A DNA stretch of 64,000 nt from Escherichia coli (GCF_009931435.1 NZ_CP043414.1); one strand, 5' to 3'. Shown: positions 35,147 to 46,271, counted from the first letter of the stretch. A program made the numbers and translations. Notes: a model not told the origin generated them from the sequence alone.

Positions 35147-36466
35147 TTAGTTGCGTTCGTACACCAGACGACCATCAACGTAGGTGCGGTAGATCGAACG
35201 GTCATCGCCCAACGTCATCATCACGAACAATTTGTCGACTAAAGAAACAGAGTTGTCATAGCGCAGCTGCTGTAGCGGGGTGGCGGTGGGTTCCATCACC
35301 ACGAAATCAGCCTCTTTGCCAGGTAAAAAGTTGCCAATCAAATCGTCAAGGCCCAGAGATTTCGCCCCGCCGAGCGTGGCAAGGTAAAACGCTTCATATG
35401 CCGAGAGGCGATAGCCTTGTAATTGCAACACTTTGTAGGCTTCGTTCAGCGTTTGCAGCATGTTGAAAGTTGTTCCTGCGCCAATGTCAGTCCCCATGCC
35501 CACTTTGACTTTCTTCTGCCATGCTTTTTTCAAGTTGAATAAGCCACTGCCGAGGTAAAGGTTGGAGGTAGGACAGAAAGCAATGCTGGATTTGGTTTCG
35601 CTGAGACGATCCCACTCTTTCTCTTCGAGATGGACGCAGTGAGCAAAGACACAATTTTTACCTGTCAGACCGTACTGATGGTAAACATCCAGATAACCAT
35701 CATGGTCAGGATAAAGCGATTTGACCCAGGCAATTTCATCTTTATTTTCACAAAGATGGGTATGTACCCATGTGTCGGGATACTCTTCTTTCAGGCGTTG
35801 CGCCATCGCCATCTGTTCAGGAGATGAGGTTGGGGCGAAGCGTGGCGTAATCGCATACAACAGACGACCATTTTTGTGCCAGCGTTCGATCAGTTCTTTG
35901 CTTTGGTGATAGCTGCTTTCGGCAGTGTCGAGCAGATAATCCGGTGCGTTGCGGTCCATCATCACCTTACCGGCAATCATACGCATATTGATATGACTGG
36001 CGGCTTCAAACAGCGCATCAACGGATTGCGGATGAACGGTACCAAACACCAACGCTGTGGTGGTTCCGTTACGTAAAAGCTGCTTGATGAAGAACGCCGA
36101 CATTTCGCGGGCGTACTCTAAATCCTCATAACGACGTTCAGTAGGGAAGGTGTGTTTATTCAACCACTCCAACAATTGTTCACCATAGGCCCCAACCATT
36201 TCACTTTGCGGATAATGGATATGTGTATCGACAAAGCCCGGTACTACCAGTTTGCCGCGATAGTCGCGCACGCGAATGGTGTCAGGAATTTGATGCTTTC
36301 CGTCTTCCCATTCGCCAAACCATTCCACTTTTCCCTGTTTAATGAGTAATAAACCATCCTCAATAAACCGCAGCGCAGAGGCAATCTCTTCCGGGTTATC
36401 GACCGTACGGGTGACATCAATAAAACTGCCTCGTACCGCTTTTAACGTGTGTTCTCCTGACATCAT
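35147..36466 (-). CDS. guaD: Guanine deaminase (amidohydrolase superfamily)
   Basis: Track ORF 35147..36586; recognised start MMSGEHTLKAVRGSF; HxH metal motif (VDTHIHYPQ); 439 aa. Confidence 0.9.
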   Translation of the reverse strand: MMSGEHTLKAVRGSFIDVTRTVDNPEEIASALRFIEDGLLLIKQGKVEWFGEWEDGKHQIPDTIRVRDYRGKLVVPGFVDTHIHYPQSEMVGAYGEQLLEWLNKHTFPTERRYEDLEYAREMSAFFIKQLLRNGTTTALVFGTVHPQSVDALFEAASHINMRMIAGKVMMDRNAPDYLLDTAESSYHQSKELIERWHKNGRLLYAITPRFAPTSSPEQMAMAQRLKEEYPDTWVHTHLCENKDEIAWVKSLYPDHDGYLDVYHQYGLTGKNCVFAHCVHLEEKEWDRLSETKSSIAFCPTSNLYLGSGLFNLKKAWQKKVKVGMGTDIGAGTTFNMLQTLNEAYKVLQLQGYRLSAYEAFYLATLGGAKSLGLDDLIGNFLPGKEADFVVMEPTATPLQQLRYDNSVSLVDKLFVMMTLGDDRSIYRTYVDGRLVYERN

Positions 36467-36480
36467 TGACTCCTTTACTG

Positions 36481-37881
36481 TTAATCCATCTCTTCCGCTG
36501 AGGTAATACCAGGCAGAACGTTTTCCTGTCGGTAGCCACCAGGGAGGATAATATTTAATAAAATCGCAGTTAATCCACCAGCACAAATAGGGTTTTCAAC
36601 TAATACATAAATAGAGGCTGGCAATATTTTAAAAATTTCCGGGTCGTAGGAGACGCCAAGCCCTAAACCTAAAGAAGTGGCGACAATAAGTGTTTCACGG
36701 CGCTTTAATCCGTTGGTGATGATGATGCGAATCCCAGCGATGGCAATCATGGAAAACATCAACGTCATTGCGCCTCCCAGAACAGCCGAGGGAATGGTCG
36801 TGAAGAAGCCGCCAATCATCGGAAACAAGCCGAGAATAACCAACATGACCGCGATGGTTCGCCCGACATAACGTGAAGCGACACCGGTCATCTGAATAAC
36901 CCCATTATTTTGCGCAAACGTGGTTAACGGTAATGAACCGACAGCGGAAGCGATAACCGAAACCAGGCCATCTGCCAGTACGCCGCCTTTCAGACGCGAC
37001 TGATACTCTTCTCCCTGGATGGGGCGGCGGGAAACCATTGCCGTGGCGGTGATATCACCGACAGCTTCCAGCACGCTAAGCAAATAAATCGTGCCGACCA
37101 CCAGGAACTGATGGAAGCTGAAACTAAACCCGTATTTGAACGGATGCGGGATGGTGATTAACGGCAAATTGCGCATACTGCTGAAATCCACCATGCCCAG
37201 GCATAACGACGCGATATAACCGACACATAGCCCAATGGCAATCCCTCCCATGCGTAGTAACGGACTGCGGCAGCAGTTAAAGCCGATCACCACAATCAAA
37301 ACCAATAAACCAACGCCGAGATGTTCGTAATTGCCGAACGTACCGCTGCTTTTGGCAGCAAATCCTCCACCAAAATCGATAATGCCGACTTTAATCAGGC
37401 TTAAGCCGATCATCAGCACCACAATGCCGCTAACGGTAGGTGTAATAACCCGACGTAAATAGGGCAGGATAAAAGAAGAGCCGACAACCAGAAATGCGCC
37501 AACGAAGGAGACGCCGAGAAGCGACGACATGATTAACTCTTCGTGAAAACCATCGCTTTTCATGCTGCTGCCCAGCGCAATCATGACTGTAACAAATGAA
37601 AAATTGACTGACTGAATTGAGAGTAGGCCAGAACCGACGATGCCATAGCGGTTTACCTGTAACCAGGTACCAATACCAGAGGCGATCATCGCCATAGAAA
37701 CAAGATAGGCGGTTGTTTCAGCGGAAAGCTGTAAGGCCGCACCCACGATTAACGCAGGGGTTACCATCGGAACGAAAATTGCCAACAGATGGGTAATGGC
37801 ACCAACGAGAGCCTGATGAAAGGGAGGGCGATCCTCCAGTTCAAATATAAGGTCAGAACCTGCATGGTTTATATCAGACAT
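36481..37881 (-). CDS. xanQ: NCS2-family xanthine permease
   Basis: Track ORF 36481..37938; recognised start MSDINHAGSDLIFELEDRPPF; 466 aa. Confidence 0.9.
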   Translation of the reverse strand: MSDINHAGSDLIFELEDRPPFHQALVGAITHLLAIFVPMVTPALIVGAALQLSAETTAYLVSMAMIASGIGTWLQVNRYGIVGSGLLSIQSVNFSFVTVMIALGSSMKSDGFHEELIMSSLLGVSFVGAFLVVGSSFILPYLRRVITPTVSGIVVLMIGLSLIKVGIIDFGGGFAAKSSGTFGNYEHLGVGLLVLIVVIGFNCCRSPLLRMGGIAIGLCVGYIASLCLGMVDFSSMRNLPLITIPHPFKYGFSFSFHQFLVVGTIYLLSVLEAVGDITATAMVSRRPIQGEEYQSRLKGGVLADGLVSVIASAVGSLPLTTFAQNNGVIQMTGVASRYVGRTIAVMLVILGLFPMIGGFFTTIPSAVLGGAMTLMFSMIAIAGIRIIITNGLKRRETLIVATSLGLGLGVSYDPEIFKILPASIYVLVENPICAGGLTAILLNIILPGGYRQENVLPGITSAEEMD

Positions 37882-38011
37882 CCCTTCACTCCTTTTAAAG
37901 TAAATTTGATCATCTGAATCAGTAAAATAAATTCCCACGAATTTGGGGCGCAGGACGCCTTGAGAACGGCTTATCTCATTTTCGCAGTCAACTATTTAGT
38001 CATCGTTCAAA

Positions 38012-38037
38012 CAGAGAAACAGGCCGCCGAAGCGGCC
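38012..38037 (-). terminator. Terminator-like hairpin downstream of xdhD (ggccgcttcggcggcc + T-rich tail on minus strand)
   Basis: Inverted repeat aggccgccgaagcggcc read on plus strand. Confidence 0.5.
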
Positions 38038-38046
38038 ATTTATTAT

Positions 38047-40917
38047 TTATATTTTTTCCAGCGCGGTGAGTATTTTCTCCGGTGTGAAATGCCATTCGCG
38101 TAACCAGATGCCGCAGGCATCGTGAATTGCGGTAGCAATCGCCGGAGCTGCGCCATTTACACCGATTTCTGAGATTGATTTCGCCCCGAATGGGCCGACT
38201 TTATCGTCGCTCGGCACCAGCACAGCGCGGAAATCACGCGGAATGTCACCAATTTTCGGTGCGCCGTAACTGCGTAAATCACGCGTTAACGGGTGGCCTT
38301 CGGCGTCATAAATGATTTCTTCGCTCATACTGTGCCCGATAGCACGCAGGGTGGCTCCGTAGATTTGTCCCAACGCTAACTCTGGATTGACCGGTGTACC
38401 ACAGTCCAGCAAGGCGTAGAATTTATCCAGGCGGATTTCACCCGTACGTGTGTTGACGGCAACTTCAGCAAAGTTTGCGCCATACGGGAAGGCGAAATCA
38501 GGCGTGATATAACTGGCAGTTCCCACCAGTGAACCAAAACCGGTGCCGGTTTCGCCTTTATGGGCAATATCCCCGAAACTAACTTCGCCTTTCTTGCCGC
38601 GCACGACGCCCGGCGTTGCTAGTTGAACATCTGCCACTGGCTCACCCAACATTTGCGCGCCGTGGAACAGAATTTTATCCCGCAGATTTTCCGCTGCCAA
38701 ACGCGCCGCGTTACCCGAGAAGCAAGTACCGGACGAGGCATATGCGCCTTTATCAAACAACGCATGATCGGTATCACCGGAGATAACATGCACGTCCTGC
38801 GGTGGGCAGTGCAGCACTTCTGCTGCCAGTTTCGTCACCACGGTATCCAGACCAGTACCAATATCCGCACCGCCAGAATGAACAATAAAGGTACCGTCCG
38901 ATTCCAGTTTAATCATGCAGTTAGCCTGATCGATATCCGGGATCCCCGATTTCTGCATGATAATGGCGACGCCGCGACCGATGTGCCAGTCACCATTTTG
39001 CGGTTTTGGTGAAGACCATTGGATCATCTCGCGACCCTGACGCAGGATCTCTTCCAGCGCGCAGCTGGCGGCGGAAGGAACGGAGGTCGGCGCTTTACCT
39101 TCACCAATCGCACCGAGAATTTTCAGCTCTTGCCCTTCGTGTACCCGGTTACGTTCGATAATTTCCAGTTGGTCGATCTGTAACTGTTCAGCCAGTTCCG
39201 CTAATGCCATAGTGATAGCGAAGTTACCTTTCGGTGCACCATAACCCTGATAAGCACCATTTGGACAAATGTTGCTGTAGTAGGTGGTGACCTGGAAATC
39301 GACGTTATCGCACGGATATAACGGCAGCGACAGCGCCGGTCCGTTACATGGTACGGTGAGTGAGTGATTGCCGTAAGGGCCTGTGTTGGCGCGGAAATCC
39401 ATCTTCACGGCCGTCAGGCGACCATCTTTCTTTGCCCCCAGTTTGACGGTGACTTTCGCGACGTGACGAGAGGTGTTAGCAATAAACTCTTCTTCACGGG
39501 TGTAGCGGAACAGTACCGGACGCCCGGTCACGCAGGTTGCCCAGGCGCACACTTCTTCCAGCAGGATGTCCTGTTTAGACCCAAAACCGCCGCCAACTCG
39601 CTCTTTAATTACATGAACTTTATGTTGTTTCATGCCCACGAGGCGCGCGACCTGGCGGCGTAAGTGCCATGGTACCTGGGTGGAGGCGTGGATAACCAGA
39701 CGATCGCCGTCCATACGGGTAAAGCATATATGAGTTTCAGTCGGGCACTGCTGCGCCTGCGTTGAGTTATAGGTTCGCTCAATGATCACATCGGCATCGG
39801 CAAAGCCTTTGTCCATATCGCCAATATGACCATGAATACTGGCGGCGATATTTTTACGGGGGCGAGAACCGATCGGGAAGTTGATGATCATATGCTCGCC
39901 GCGCTGGGCTGCATGGCTGTTATCGTCTTCCAGAGTATCTGGCGCACCAGCAACATACACCACCGGTTCATCGTGCACGACAGGCGCATCTTCCGCCATT
40001 GCCTCGTCAATCGACATTACAGGTTTAAGCACTTCATATTCAACGTCGATGAGCTTCAGTGCTTCGAGCGCAATTTCTTCACTTTCTGCGACGACCGCAG
40101 CAACGCGATCGCCGACGTGACGCATTTTCTTGCCGAACATACGGCGGTCAAGCGGTGACGGTTCCGGTGCGCTCTGACCACCCGGGGTGTAGTAGATATC
40201 CGGGCAATTCAGATGAGTAATAACGTGGACGACGCCTGGTAAGGCTTCAGCTTTGCTGACATCCAGGTGAGTAATCAGTGCGTGAGCGTGAGGGCTACGT
40301 AACATTTTAATGACGCAGGCGTCAGCCGTTACGCGGTCTTCAACATAGCAGGGTTTCGCCTGCACCATTTTTGCGGCATCAGTTTTAGGATAATGCTTAC
40401 CAATGACTTCAAGGTCATCGCGGAAAGTCGGAGCGATATCAATGGTGGCCTGCGGGTTATTTTTACGTGCAACCGCCAGTTCAATGACCTGATAGTATTG
40501 TTGCCAGCCTGCATCGCGACTGAACAAACCAGAAAGCGCGTCGTCGATCTCTTCGCGGGTCGGTGCGGCGATACGCTCGAGCAGATCAGTGATAATCAGA
40601 GCCGCAGCTGGATCGTTATAACCAGACTGCACCACGCCAACATCAACCATTGCCTGTTGAACCAGACTTAACTCGTTCCATTTGCCCAGAGACTCTGCGG
40701 TACGAATATCTGCCTTCTCTAACTGTGCGGCGATAAGCAAGGACGCGTTAACGATATTACCGTTAAAGATAATTGCGTCAGAACCGGCAAACCCGAATCC
40801 ATCATCGCTGTTGCGTACAGAGTGCATTCCCATGTTAAACAACAGCTTTTGCACGTTTTCGCCTGGATTAACGGTTAGCTCCTGAGGCGCGCCATTTAAA
40901 GTAAAGTGGATGATCAT
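38047..40917 (-). CDS. xdhD: Molybdenum-hydroxylase family protein with fused N-terminal 2Fe-2S domain and C-terminal molybdopterin domain (xanthine-dehydrogenase-like)
   Basis: Track ORF 956 aa; aldehyde oxidase/xanthine dehydrogenase family features. Confidence 0.88.
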   Translation of the reverse strand: MIIHFTLNGAPQELTVNPGENVQKLLFNMGMHSVRNSDDGFGFAGSDAIIFNGNIVNASLLIAAQLEKADIRTAESLGKWNELSLVQQAMVDVGVVQSGYNDPAAALIITDLLERIAAPTREEIDDALSGLFSRDAGWQQYYQVIELAVARKNNPQATIDIAPTFRDDLEVIGKHYPKTDAAKMVQAKPCYVEDRVTADACVIKMLRSPHAHALITHLDVSKAEALPGVVHVITHLNCPDIYYTPGGQSAPEPSPLDRRMFGKKMRHVGDRVAAVVAESEEIALEALKLIDVEYEVLKPVMSIDEAMAEDAPVVHDEPVVYVAGAPDTLEDDNSHAAQRGEHMIINFPIGSRPRKNIAASIHGHIGDMDKGFADADVIIERTYNSTQAQQCPTETHICFTRMDGDRLVIHASTQVPWHLRRQVARLVGMKQHKVHVIKERVGGGFGSKQDILLEEVCAWATCVTGRPVLFRYTREEEFIANTSRHVAKVTVKLGAKKDGRLTAVKMDFRANTGPYGNHSLTVPCNGPALSLPLYPCDNVDFQVTTYYSNICPNGAYQGYGAPKGNFAITMALAELAEQLQIDQLEIIERNRVHEGQELKILGAIGEGKAPTSVPSAASCALEEILRQGREMIQWSSPKPQNGDWHIGRGVAIIMQKSGIPDIDQANCMIKLESDGTFIVHSGGADIGTGLDTVVTKLAAEVLHCPPQDVHVISGDTDHALFDKGAYASSGTCFSGNAARLAAENLRDKILFHGAQMLGEPVADVQLATPGVVRGKKGEVSFGDIAHKGETGTGFGSLVGTASYITPDFAFPYGANFAEVAVNTRTGEIRLDKFYALLDCGTPVNPELALGQIYGATLRAIGHSMSEEIIYDAEGHPLTRDLRSYGAPKIGDIPRDFRAVLVPSDDKVGPFGAKSISEIGVNGAAPAIATAIHDACGIWLREWHFTPEKILTALEKI

Positions 40918-41693
40918 ACGGCTTCCTCCCCAGCCTGTTGGCAGTCGGCATAAAGGTCGGCTACCAGAACTCCCGTGATATAGCGTTTATAGGCCACGCT
41001 GCCCCGCAAATCTTCCTGCGGGAAAATGGCGTTGGCGACAGCCTGTTCAAGTGCATTGCCTTCCAGGTTTTGTTTTTCAACATCGTGCAGACGCAGTGCT
41101 TTACTGGCCACGCCATCCAACGCAATTCGCATACCGTCGTGATCGGTAAACGCAACGGCTGCCGTTACTACCGTTAACCCAGCCTGAGAACGGCTAATTT
41201 TGCGAGTCGCACAGGTGCGATACGGATCTTTAATGATGATTTCGGTTAGCAGGTGATCGCATGGGCAGGCCAGGTACTCCTCAATTGACAGAGTTTCACC
41301 GTTGCCAAAAACCAGTTCGGCATCTAGTGCCAGCAGGACGGGAAGCAGCACCGACTCTTCCTGCCGGGCGGCGATTTCACCACCAATGGTCGACTGATTA
41401 CGAATATGGCGAGAATAGACAAAGCCGAGAGCCTCACGCAGTGCTGCAGGAATAAACCGTGCATCACGCAGTGTTTGCAAGCGAGACATCGCGCCAATCC
41501 GCAATGCACCGTTATCCCAGTCAACCCAGTCCAGTTCCAGATCCTGTAAGGATATGGCAATCTTTTTATCGGTACGGGTTGGTGTGGCGTTGAGTTTACT
41601 GCCTCCGGCGAACCAGACGGCTTCATCCTGGTAGCGGCGCTTCAGTTCCAGCGCCTGTTCGACAGAGTCGGGCCTGAAAAATTGTTCAATCAT
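40914..41693 (-). CDS. ygfM: FAD-binding subunit of molybdopterin dehydrogenase (CO dehydrogenase medium-subunit-like)
   Basis: Track ORF 259 aa; 4-nt overlap with xdhD start. Confidence 0.85.
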   Translation of the reverse strand: MIEQFFRPDSVEQALELKRRYQDEAVWFAGGSKLNATPTRTDKKIAISLQDLELDWVDWDNGALRIGAMSRLQTLRDARFIPAALREALGFVYSRHIRNQSTIGGEIAARQEESVLLPVLLALDAELVFGNGETLSIEEYLACPCDHLLTEIIIKDPYRTCATRKISRSQAGLTVVTAAVAFTDHDGMRIALDGVASKALRLHDVEKQNLEGNALEQAVANAIFPQEDLRGSVAYKRYITGVLVADLYADCQQAGEEAV

Positions 41694-41743
41694 CTTCTTT
41701 CCTTATTTAACCCTCTTCCCTGCGGGAAGAGGGTATTTGTCAT

Positions 41744-43072
41744 TTATGCCAGCGCATCCATCCGACGCCACATAGCAGCAGCGGCTTTTCTGGCTTGCGC
41801 ATAAATGGAATCGCAATCGAAGTTAAACTGACGGTCTTCATAGACCATAACGCCGTTGACCATCACGCTGTGGACGCTGCCTGAACCCATGCCGAAAGCG
41901 ATATGTCCAGCGATATTGTCTGCCAGCAGTGGCGTCGGCGAGTTGTAATCGCAAATGGTTAAATCGGCTTTATAACCGGTTTCCAGCAGGCCAAATTTCG
42001 CGCCAAAGTTGCGGCTCATCAGTTCGTTGCCGTTAGCCAGAGCTTTGGCAAAGCTGTCAGGCCACAGCGGACCACCCGCATCGCGATGTTTAAAGAAGGC
42101 AAATTTCATCTCTTCAAACATATCTGAACCAATACCGTCCGTACCCAACGCCAGATTGCGGATGTCGCAAAGATGATGGTTGTAGCCGACATGGTTGTTC
42201 ATGTTTGAACGGGCGTTATGCACCAGGAATGCATCACGCTGATTGAGCAACGCGATGTCGTCTTTAGACAGATAAAGCCCATGAGCGACCAGCGTTTTGC
42301 TGTCGATGAGATCGAATTGCGCTAATCGTGCCAGCAGATCTTTGCCGTACCAGTGATGACTATGGGAAACATCGTAAAGGTCTTCCGCAGCGTGAATATG
42401 TAAACCACGGCCTGTGGCTTTCACGGCCTCACGCAGCATTTCCAGACCGGCATCCGGCACAGTAAACGGCGCGTGAGCACCAATATGAGCCTCTACCAGA
42501 TACGGTTCAGTTGCCGCTTTCTTCGCATCATCAATCTGACGGGCGAAGCGGATATTTTCCTCTACTCCTTCCTGTAGTTCTTTAATGCCGTTGTTACGGT
42601 CAGTGGTTTCAAAACAGGTCATCGCACGCAGGCCAACTTTTAAAAATGCGTTGCGCAATGTGGAGAGCGACCCGCTGATATACGCCGGAGAGGCATGGTG
42701 ATCGATAACAGATGTACAGCCGCTCTTAATCGCTTCCAGTGAACAAATCAGCCCGCTGTAATAGAGCGACTCTTCATCAAGGGCGCGATCGAGCCGCCAC
42801 CAGAGATTTTTCAGCGTTGAAATGAAATCCGGGCAGGGGGCGATGTTTGCCATAATTCCACGGGAAAGCCCCGAGTAAAAATGGTTGTGCGAGCAGACAA
42901 TTCCCGGCATCACAATCCGACCATGCATCTCTTTGTAGTTGGCATCGGGGTAGCGTTGCGTCAGCGCATCGCCGATAGCGACAATCACATCATTTTCGAT
43001 GGCGATATCAACGCCTTCCTGCACTTTCGCCGGGTGTAACTGCACTGCGGTGACATTCTTCAGAATCAACAT
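41744..43072 (-). CDS. ssnA: Amidohydrolase-superfamily protein SsnA (chlorohydrolase/aminohydrolase-like)
   Basis: Track ORF 442 aa; HxH motif (CSHNHFYSG). Confidence 0.88.
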   Translation of the reverse strand: MLILKNVTAVQLHPAKVQEGVDIAIENDVIVAIGDALTQRYPDANYKEMHGRIVMPGIVCSHNHFYSGLSRGIMANIAPCPDFISTLKNLWWRLDRALDEESLYYSGLICSLEAIKSGCTSVIDHHASPAYISGSLSTLRNAFLKVGLRAMTCFETTDRNNGIKELQEGVEENIRFARQIDDAKKAATEPYLVEAHIGAHAPFTVPDAGLEMLREAVKATGRGLHIHAAEDLYDVSHSHHWYGKDLLARLAQFDLIDSKTLVAHGLYLSKDDIALLNQRDAFLVHNARSNMNNHVGYNHHLCDIRNLALGTDGIGSDMFEEMKFAFFKHRDAGGPLWPDSFAKALANGNELMSRNFGAKFGLLETGYKADLTICDYNSPTPLLADNIAGHIAFGMGSGSVHSVMVNGVMVYEDRQFNFDCDSIYAQARKAAAAMWRRMDALA

Positions 43073-43074
43073 GA

Positions 43075-46000
43075 TTACACCTCCACGCGGCCCAGCAGAT
43101 AATGATGATGCTGGTGGACATGGCTAATGATGCGGCACATATCGTTCAGCTCCGGTGGTACGTTGTTGAACTGACCTTCGCTGTCGATGTTTAACACCCA
43201 GCTTTGGTTATTCAGACGTACTCGTACCCGGCAATCTTCCACAAGGAAGCCTGGGTTGCTGCTGTTATCAAAGTCTTGCGACAGGCTGAAGACGGTGATT
43301 TTGTCTTTGTACGGTTTACCGTTCCACGGACAGAACTGAGCACAGTTGCCGCATTCGTTACAGTAAGCGTCGAGGTGCAGCGTCTGGAAACGGTTCTGGA
43401 AGCCAGGGACCGCAATGGATACGTTGGCGCGGTTCGGGCAGACATCCACACACTTGCTGCAAACGTAGTTACATTCAAGGCAGCGAGCGGCTTCCTGGGC
43501 GACAAACGCGTCACGATCGTCGCTATCCACCAGGGTGATAGAGATATCGCCTTTGCGTTGATAGATTTCCGCCGGATTGACGTTGTTCCAGTATTTATCG
43601 TTCTGGTGGGAACGGATATTTTCCCGACTAAGGATGGCATCGGTAGCCCGACGCGCAGTTCCGACAGCAGCGACAATGGAGGATGGTCCGCGCTGTACGT
43701 CGCCGATCATAAAGACGTCAGTCAGACGAGTTTCGCCATTATGGTCGACGTCTGGCCAGCCATTTTTGTCCAGCGGCACGCCCATCGCATTCAGGGCTTC
43801 AGTATCCTGCTGTTCGCCAATGGCGGTGATCAGGCTGTCTACATGCAGTGTTACTGTTTCGTTGGTTTCAACCGGACGGCGACGACCTTTCTCATCAGGT
43901 TCGCCAAGCGACATAACGCGCAAGGTTAAGGTGCCATCAGCATCGAAACGTTCCGGATTATTCAGGAAACGGAACTCCACGCCGTCGTGCAACGCTTCTT
44001 CATACTCTTCGCGCCATGCGGGCATCTCTTGCAGTGAACGACGATAAACGACCGTTGCTTTTTCTACGCCTGGAACGCGTAACGCCGCACGAGCGCAGTC
44101 CATTGCGGTGTTACCCGCCCCGACAACGACCACATGCTTGCCCAGCTTGAGCGTAGTGCCTTTGTTGTATTCACGCAGGAAGGGGAGTGATTTCCACACA
44201 TTTTGGTTGTCGCCCGCCAATTTCACACCGCTATTTTTATCAGTGCCGGTGGCAATCAGAACATAGTGGAAGCCCTGATTTTTTAACTGTTCAACGGTCA
44301 GATCGGGTGAGCAGCCATACTCAAATTTCACGCCGTGAGCGGCAACAAAATCGATATCGTGCTGAATTAACTCTGCAGGAATACGGAACTGAGGAATGAT
44401 ATTTTTCACCACGCCGCCCGCATTGGCTTCGCGTTCAAACAGCGTAACCGGATGGCCCGCTCTGGCAAGGAAGTAACCTGCTGCCAGACCCGCCGGACCT
44501 GCACCAATCACGGCAACCGGATGGCGTGAACCAGAACCGGCTGGTTTGTGCCAGCGTTGCTTATATTCATCCCAACCTTTTTCCAGCGCGACTTTTTTCA
44601 GTTCGCGGATATTCAGCGCACTGTCGTAATCCAGGCGGGTACAGTTGTATTGGCACTGGTGATCGCAAATATGACCGGTAATGGCGGGCAGGGCGTTGCG
44701 TTGGTAGATGAGTTCCAGTGCGTCGGCATAGCGGTGTTCGCCAAGCAGACGGATGTATTCCGGAATATCCTGTTTAATGGCGCAAGCAGTAACGCACGGT
44801 GCAACGTAGCAGTCGGTCAGCGGCAGGTCTTCTGCCACTTCAATACGCTCTTCTGGCTTCCAGTGTTTCTGCGTGTATTCCATGGTTAACGCGTCTGCTG
44901 CCAGTTTGTTCAGTCGTTCGACGTCAACATGGTCAAGCCCCCAGGCGTCGGAGCCTTCCAGCTCGCGCATGCAGGCACTTAAGCGCAGATAGCCGCCAGG
45001 TTTCAGCAGGTCGGTTGCCATAGTAATAGGGCGAATACCAGTATCAAAAATATCGCGGATAGTCAGCTGACTGGCACCACCGGAATAAGAAATGGGCAGT
45101 TTGCCGTCAAAGGCGCGAGAGAGAACTGCTGCAACATTGATGGAGAGCGGGAACAGCGCACGGCCTGACATATACATCTCTTCACCAGGCAGTGCACCTT
45201 TGTTATTAATGGTGCCGAGGGTATTGGTCAGTTTGACGCCAAAGCCGAGTGATTTTTCTTTTGCCAGTACCATCAGGCGTTCCAGCATTTCCAGCGCTTG
45301 CGTCAGCTTGAGGTCGTGATCAAATGACTCTTCTTTTAAGCCTATGTAACCGAAACCGCAGACATCGAGGATCTCACGAACACGCGCGTACCCCAGTAAG
45401 GTCGGGTTGAGTTTCACAAAGGTATTGAGCCCTTTTTCTTCCAGCATGTAGCGGCAAATGGCTTCGATTTCATGCGGAGGACAGCCGTGCATCGTGGAGA
45501 GGGTAACGCCTTGTACCATGCTGGTGGGGATGCGTGCCGGTAAGGCCTGCAAGCATTCGCGTTTTTCCTGTAAGCCGTGGCGGGCTAAAAATGCGTCATC
45601 CTGGAGTAATTTATTCAGCGTATCGCGATATTGAGCGAATTTCGGATGGTCAGATGCGTCCATCATATTATCGATGAACTGTTGCATCGGCGGTTGCTTA
45701 ATACCTTCGAGGTTGTAACCGACGCTCATATTAAAGATGAACGATTTACCGGAATCAGAAGGCTGGAACATCGCTTCGAGAAGGTGCAGGGCAAACCAGG
45801 CTTTGAGGTATTCATCCCAGGCTTTAAGCAGGGTAAATTCGGTGGACCATTCGGTGTTAAAGCACTCGTCTTCGGCATCAATACAGGGCTTTTCCAGCTC
45901 CAGGCGGTCAAGAATTTGGACGGTTTTTAGTTCGATGAAGCGTCCGCCAGTCAGCCAGGATGTGACAATATTTTGCGCGAGCTGCGTGTGCGGACCAGCG

Positions 46001-46173
46001 GCAGGGCCGACGGGAGTGGCACAGGTTTCACCGAAGACGCTAACAGTTTTACCTTTTACGGGTGAGTAAAACTGTTGCTCGGGAATACCAAAGATTGAGC
46101 GTTGTTGTTGGTATTCATCAAATATGCGCGTCAAAAGTTCCTCAAACGGAATGGGACGCATAATATCCCCCAT
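43075..46173 (-). CDS. ygfK: Large Fe-S / FAD-NAD(P) oxidoreductase (historically annotated putative selenate reductase subunit YgfK)
   Basis: Track ORF 1032 aa; GAGPAG dinucleotide motifs and C-terminal Cys clusters (CxxCxxCxxxCP). Confidence 0.88.
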   Translation of the reverse strand: MGDIMRPIPFEELLTRIFDEYQQQRSIFGIPEQQFYSPVKGKTVSVFGETCATPVGPAAGPHTQLAQNIVTSWLTGGRFIELKTVQILDRLELEKPCIDAEDECFNTEWSTEFTLLKAWDEYLKAWFALHLLEAMFQPSDSGKSFIFNMSVGYNLEGIKQPPMQQFIDNMMDASDHPKFAQYRDTLNKLLQDDAFLARHGLQEKRECLQALPARIPTSMVQGVTLSTMHGCPPHEIEAICRYMLEEKGLNTFVKLNPTLLGYARVREILDVCGFGYIGLKEESFDHDLKLTQALEMLERLMVLAKEKSLGFGVKLTNTLGTINNKGALPGEEMYMSGRALFPLSINVAAVLSRAFDGKLPISYSGGASQLTIRDIFDTGIRPITMATDLLKPGGYLRLSACMRELEGSDAWGLDHVDVERLNKLAADALTMEYTQKHWKPEERIEVAEDLPLTDCYVAPCVTACAIKQDIPEYIRLLGEHRYADALELIYQRNALPAITGHICDHQCQYNCTRLDYDSALNIRELKKVALEKGWDEYKQRWHKPAGSGSRHPVAVIGAGPAGLAAGYFLARAGHPVTLFEREANAGGVVKNIIPQFRIPAELIQHDIDFVAAHGVKFEYGCSPDLTVEQLKNQGFHYVLIATGTDKNSGVKLAGDNQNVWKSLPFLREYNKGTTLKLGKHVVVVGAGNTAMDCARAALRVPGVEKATVVYRRSLQEMPAWREEYEEALHDGVEFRFLNNPERFDADGTLTLRVMSLGEPDEKGRRRPVETNETVTLHVDSLITAIGEQQDTEALNAMGVPLDKNGWPDVDHNGETRLTDVFMIGDVQRGPSSIVAAVGTARRATDAILSRENIRSHQNDKYWNNVNPAEIYQRKGDISITLVDSDDRDAFVAQEAARCLECNYVCSKCVDVCPNRANVSIAVPGFQNRFQTLHLDAYCNECGNCAQFCPWNGKPYKDKITVFSLSQDFDNSSNPGFLVEDCRVRVRLNNQSWVLNIDSEGQFNNVPPELNDMCRIISHVHQHHHYLLGRVEV

Positions 46174-46254
46174 AACCCTCTCCTTAGCTTATACAGATAT
46201 CATTGAGTGACCGGTGTTGAGAAATCCGGTGGTTTAGGGGGATAGAGCAACAAT

Positions 46255-46271
46255 CGCACCACTCTTGCCAG
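46255..46271 (-). promoter_or_regulatory. Candidate sigma54-like promoter upstream of ygfK: minus strand CTGGCAAGAGTGGTGCG (GG-N10-GC)
   Basis: Read directly; ~85 nt upstream of ygfK ATG; -12 element GTGC deviates from TTGC. Confidence 0.35.

Noticed and set aside
43204-43929. 241-aa plus-strand ORF inside ygfK, and similar plus-strand ORFs inside xdhD (38623..39012, 39364..39663, 39826..40158)
   Set aside because: Antisense shadow ORFs within long minus-strand genes; no start-site context.
38047-46173. Possible selenocysteine (in-frame UGA) in Mo-hydroxylase genes
   Set aside because: xdhD, ygfK and xdhA read through as uninterrupted ORFs with no in-frame TGA; selenium involvement, if any, would be as a cofactor ligand.
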